DNA of 64,000 nucleotides from Utricularia gibba (taxonomy: Eukaryota; Plantae; Magnoliophyta), in assembly GCA_002189035.1 (NCBI GenBank), contig CM007990.1, forward strand, positions 5,642,001 to 5,706,000, given 5' to 3'. Position numbers and translations under genes: made by a program. The notes under the pieces are model-generated. The model was not told the origin of the DNA. It searched no databases and saw only the letters and a program-made list of their open reading frames with translations. Positions within the stretch are counted from its first letter, which is position 1, and each line of letters begins with the position of its first letter. Below are positions 59,780-64,000 of this stretch, piece by piece.

Positions 59780-61597
59780 ATGTCATTGTCCTGGGCGGTT
59801 ATTCTCCAGCATGCAGCAAGTCGCCACTATGGTGCGCCAGCCTTTAAATTCAAATGACTCGTTTCAAACTAGTCACTTTTTTTCTGGCGTCGACTTGCAT
59901 TTCAGTATATGGTTCAACTGGGATTCAGTTGTAATAGGAAGTTCATTCAAGAGCAATGTCTCATACAGTCATTACTGCTTCGCGTAGGCATAGATTTGTT
60001 GTAAGTAGAATACTCGGAGGAGAAGTTTGGTTTGGTTTGGATTGGATTTGTGGGGGTAACTTCGGTGCATGTGGAATCAGATCGCCATTTAGGTTTTCCT
60101 TTTTTTTTCACCTGGATTGGGTTTCTTGCTAGTAGAATTAGATGGAAGAGTTGGTTTCTTGAGTGTTTTGATTTCGTCGATGTGTTGAATATGATTCATA
60201 TGACTTTTTCATTTCTTGATTTCTTGTGGTTTCTTGGCTATGGCGATCTGCTTGAATTTTATGTGGAATATGAGCTTGCTTTGGGGATCCTCTGCTCTGG
60301 TTGTCTCTTACTTCCATTAGATTCAATAGGTTGTTTGCATTAATCTGCCACTGCTGTCCTCTTCTTGTTTCATATTTATAGACAGCAAAGCCGATTATAG
60401 GCAGGGAAGAGTGGGAGAAAAATCTTAATGATGTTATTGTTAGAAAGGAGGACATGAATAAATTGGTAATGAATTTTCTAGTGACGGAGGGTTATATGGA
60501 GGCTGCTGAACAATTTCAAGCTGAGTCAGGGACAGAACGTATCCTTGTTGATATCTCTTATTGCTGAAATGTTTTCAAGAAAATGCATTTCTTTGGTTAA
60601 AAAGTCTTAATGCAAAATAAGCGGACGTTGATCTTGCCACCATATCTGATCGTATGCTGGTTAAGAAGGCGGTACAAGATGGAAACGTGGAAGATGCTAT
60701 AGAGAAGGTTAATGACTTGAACCCTGAGGTATGGTTTAGTTTTACGTCAATTGGTTCTCTGTTTCGAGTGCAGTCATGTTCTTGTGGTTTGATATTCCTC
60801 AAATCCTGTAACTATAGATGTTGATGCTTCTGGATGTAGATACTGGACACAAATCCCCAGCTGTTTTTCCATCTCCAGCAGCAAAGATTAATTGAATTGA
60901 TACGAAATGGGAAGCTTAATGAAGCTGTGGAGTTTGCTCAGGAAGAACTTGCCCCAATGGTGGAGGAAAATGTGAGTTTTCAGATTTGCCCATGACTTCA
61001 CATCACGTTTCAGTTTCATGTTTTGATCCACAGGCATTTGTTTTCAGAGCAATATATATATTTAATGGCGTGGTTAATTCTCAGCAAAGCTTTTTGGAAG
61101 AATTGGAGAGGACTGTTGCAATGCTTGCTTTTAAAGATGTTGCTCGTTCTCCTGTGGGAGATTTGCTAGACATGTCCCAGCGATCCAAGACGGCCAGTGA
61201 GGTTAATGCAGCAATCTTAACCAGTCAGAACCAGGAAAAAAGTATGCCCTTTCAGATTTTTTAAGAACTGGTTCACATCCATTCTGCACACCATTTGTCT
61301 GTAGTTGACGCTCCCACTTCCTTCTGTTTTTCCCACTGTTAGCATTAGCTGTGTTCTCCTTCCATTTCTATGTCCCAAGATGAGCTCTGAGTTCTCTCCA
61401 TGTCTTCTATTTCTGCAAGTTCACATAAATTTGCAGGCTTCTTACACCAATTCCTCATTTTCTTCGTTGTTACAGATCCTAAGATTCCAAGCTTACTCAA
61501 AATGCTGGTCTCGGTGCAAGACCAGCTTGACGAGAAGGCCATTTACCCTCGGATCAACGATTTTTTTACCGCAGCTCTTGAAGACCGCGATGCCTGA
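59780..61597 (+). CDS. GID8: GID8/TWA1-like CTLH complex subunit (LisH-CTLH-CRA); first exon uncertain (59780 or 59956)
   Basis: [106 protein letters not shown]. Confidence 0.9.
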
Positions 61598-62399
61598 TAC
61601 CGGATTCTTGGAGATGACCAGGTGATTGTAGTTAGAATCTTGTAAAAAGAATCCTCCCTGATTTCCTTCTCCAGTATAGTTCTCTTCATATGGATGGATT
61701 CACTTGATCCGTCTGCACATGATGATTGTTTTCTCCCCCCTGCTTCTGTTGATGAGAAACAAGAGGCGGTTAAAAGTCTCAGTCCATGCTGCTAAATAAC
61801 TAACGATTTGAACCAAATCTACTGTTCCCACGCCTATGTCAATAGGTTGGGTGAAAAATTTTTGACATTAGCGCAGGATGAGTTAGTTCTATCACACGTA
61901 ATTATGTTACAATTATGGTGATTAGGTGTTGATGTTTGGAGCAGCCTTTGGTAAGTTTAATTTGGCACCGTTTATCAAAAAGTATTTTTAAAATAGAAAT
62001 TGGGATTATATGAATTAGTAAAAATTATTCATATATAATAATAAAAATTTGTAAATTATAATTTTCAAACGACCAATAAAAGGCTTTATAGCTTTTTTGA
62101 ATTATTTAGAAAATTGTTTATTGAACCCTCGAATTTTCGTTTGAGTTGGTTTTCTTTATTAATCTTTTAAATATTCTAATTTTAAGAAGCGATAGAAATT
62201 TGGGTGACGCTGACCGGGGTAAGTCGTCGACTCATTCTACTCTTCAACCGTCTGAATCTAAGAAGAAGCTCCGCTGTCAGAAGATTCTTCTCGGCGAAGC
62301 AACGTTCGTCTCTCGGCTGCGCTTTTATTTCTCTCGATTTCAATATATATTCTTCGTGTATCAGATCTCGGAGAGTTTGATTGCTTATTGCTTTAGAAA

Positions 62400-64000
62400 A
62401 TGGCCGGCCGTTACGATCGCAATCCTTTTGAAGAAGAAGAGGAAGTTAACCCATTCGCTGTAAGTTTTTTATTATTTTTGTATTGAGTTTGGATCGTGAA
62501 CTTTTCGTTGTCCATCTTTAGTTGTTGGTTCGATTGATTTGACTGAGTCGCACTCCGATTTCGGATTGATTTGAGGTGAATTTATGTAGGAGGGGAAAGG
62601 AAGGCCTTCTGGACAGCCGAAGTTTGGTGGAGGTTCATTTTTTACTACGGTGAGTTCGATATCACGAGGCTGTCACAGTTCAGAGAAGTCTACTTCAGAT
62701 AGATTTTTTAAAATAGGCATTTAAATTACTTAAACCGATGCTTTGACAAACCTGGTTTTGCTCATTGTTTTTCTTCGACCCGTGTTGTATTTAGAATCCT
62801 GGTAGCACACCTCCTGCAGCAAACTCAAGGCTCACACCTCTTCCTCCTGAGCCTGCTGACTTTTATAATCCTACTGCAACAGTGGACATCCCTCTTGATA
62901 ATTCTTTGGTATTTAAATGCTCTCATGCTCACTTCGATTATTTCTTTTTTTTTTATTATTTTAAATTGAGTGCTTATCGTATGAAACCTAACATTTATCT
63001 CAAAATTAGGACTTGAGAAAAAAAGAGAGAGAACTGCAAGCCAAGGAAGCTGAACTTAAAAGACGGGAAGAGGTATTCTAATAGCTGCTGGTTAAATTGT
63101 GTCTTGTGTCTTACACTTCCTAATCTCATGCATTGATAAAATTCAATCTTATAATAATCAAGACAACTTGAGTGGGCTTCTTAAAAAAAAACGGAAGAAG
63201 ATCTGAGTGGCTCTTGAGTTCCAATGGCTGTGCAGCGTCATAGGCCTTCAAAACTTTAGTCATAGTGAGATATTTGTATAATTTTGAACATGATTTTAAT
63301 ACTATAAAGATGCTCACAGGAAGTCAGACGGAAAGAGGAGGCTGCTGCGCGAGGTGCTGTTTGTCTAACTTATTTTTACCTTTTTGGGTACATATTCAAT
63401 CATCTACTTTTTGAGCAAGCACTAGGGAATGCCAATAATATCTCATTGCAGCTGGCATTGTCATTGAGGATAAGAACTGGCCTCCATTTTTCCCTATCAT
63501 TCACAATGATATTGCGAACGAGATACCTATTCATCTGCAGAGGATGCTGTATGTTGCATTCACGACCTTCTTGGGTAAGGCTCTTGCAAAGTGGTTTGAT
63601 GAAAGCTGCCGTTTCTTTTTTTCTAGTTAGTTTTTGCTATCTGAAAACCCAAGTTGCCTTTTCATCGTCAATACTATCCGAATTCGTTGTTTCACATGTA
63701 TGAAAGGAGGCTTTGTTTTGGTTTTGTTGTGGTGGTGACATTTGGTTGTGTTACGCACTCATTTTGGGATGAGAGTTTTATGAGAATGGAAATGAGAGTG
63801 TGACCTGTTGCCATGTTGTGCAGACTAAAAATATTTGAAGTATACCATATCTATCTGATATTTGAAGTGCTCGACTCCATCTAGTTTCCATGACTCCAAC
63901 TAATGGTGGATTACTGTCGTGTAGGAATTACTTTGGCATTGTTTTGGAATATTATAGCAGTGACCACAGCATGGATTAGAACAGGAGGTTTGTTTCATTT
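62400..64000 (+). CDS. SCAMP: Secretory carrier-associated membrane protein, 3' truncated by window end
   Basis: [20 protein letters not shown] (NPF repeats), [60 protein letters not shown]. Confidence 0.94.

Noticed and set aside
1-64000. CRISPR arrays, rRNA, transposase or retroelement ORFs, organellar insertions
   Set aside because: None seen: no repeat-spacer arrays, rRNA motifs, RT/integrase/transposase motifs or plastid/mitochondrial gene fragments.

Overview
Very gene-dense plant (eudicot-type) nuclear DNA. I can assemble 23 protein-coding genes plus one tRNA-Gly(TCC), about one gene per 2.8 kb, with most introns 70-120 nt. I found no recognisable transposon ORFs or CRISPR arrays. This architecture suggests a miniaturised genome such as Lentibulariaceae (inference only). 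Gene order: CBE1-like (5' truncated), LEA_2/NHL-like, UGT72B-like A, tRNA-Gly, POB1-like BTB, UGT72B-like B, MEKK1-like, ORP1, GASA/snakin, small membrane protein, PLP aminotransferase, p24delta, a 3.3-kb gene-free island, UMAMIT/WAT1-like, an unknown conserved protein, LYM1-like, CAO, YIF1, SWI3C, AAP, SECA2, clathrin light chain, GT32, GID8-like, SCAMP (3' truncated). Five genes are each broken by one missing base in a short G/C run; this is most likely assembly error. I see no demonstrably new system. The best leads are the UGT72B pair (conserved flanks, one copy followed by a same-strand tRNA-Gly), the 26.2-29.4 kb island (twin CArG boxes, intron-like signals, decayed ORF), a Tyr-to-Phe change in the CBE1 eIF4E-binding motif, and non-canonical splicing in GID8, SECA2 and the BTB gene. 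Family assignments come from remembered motifs; no database search was run.
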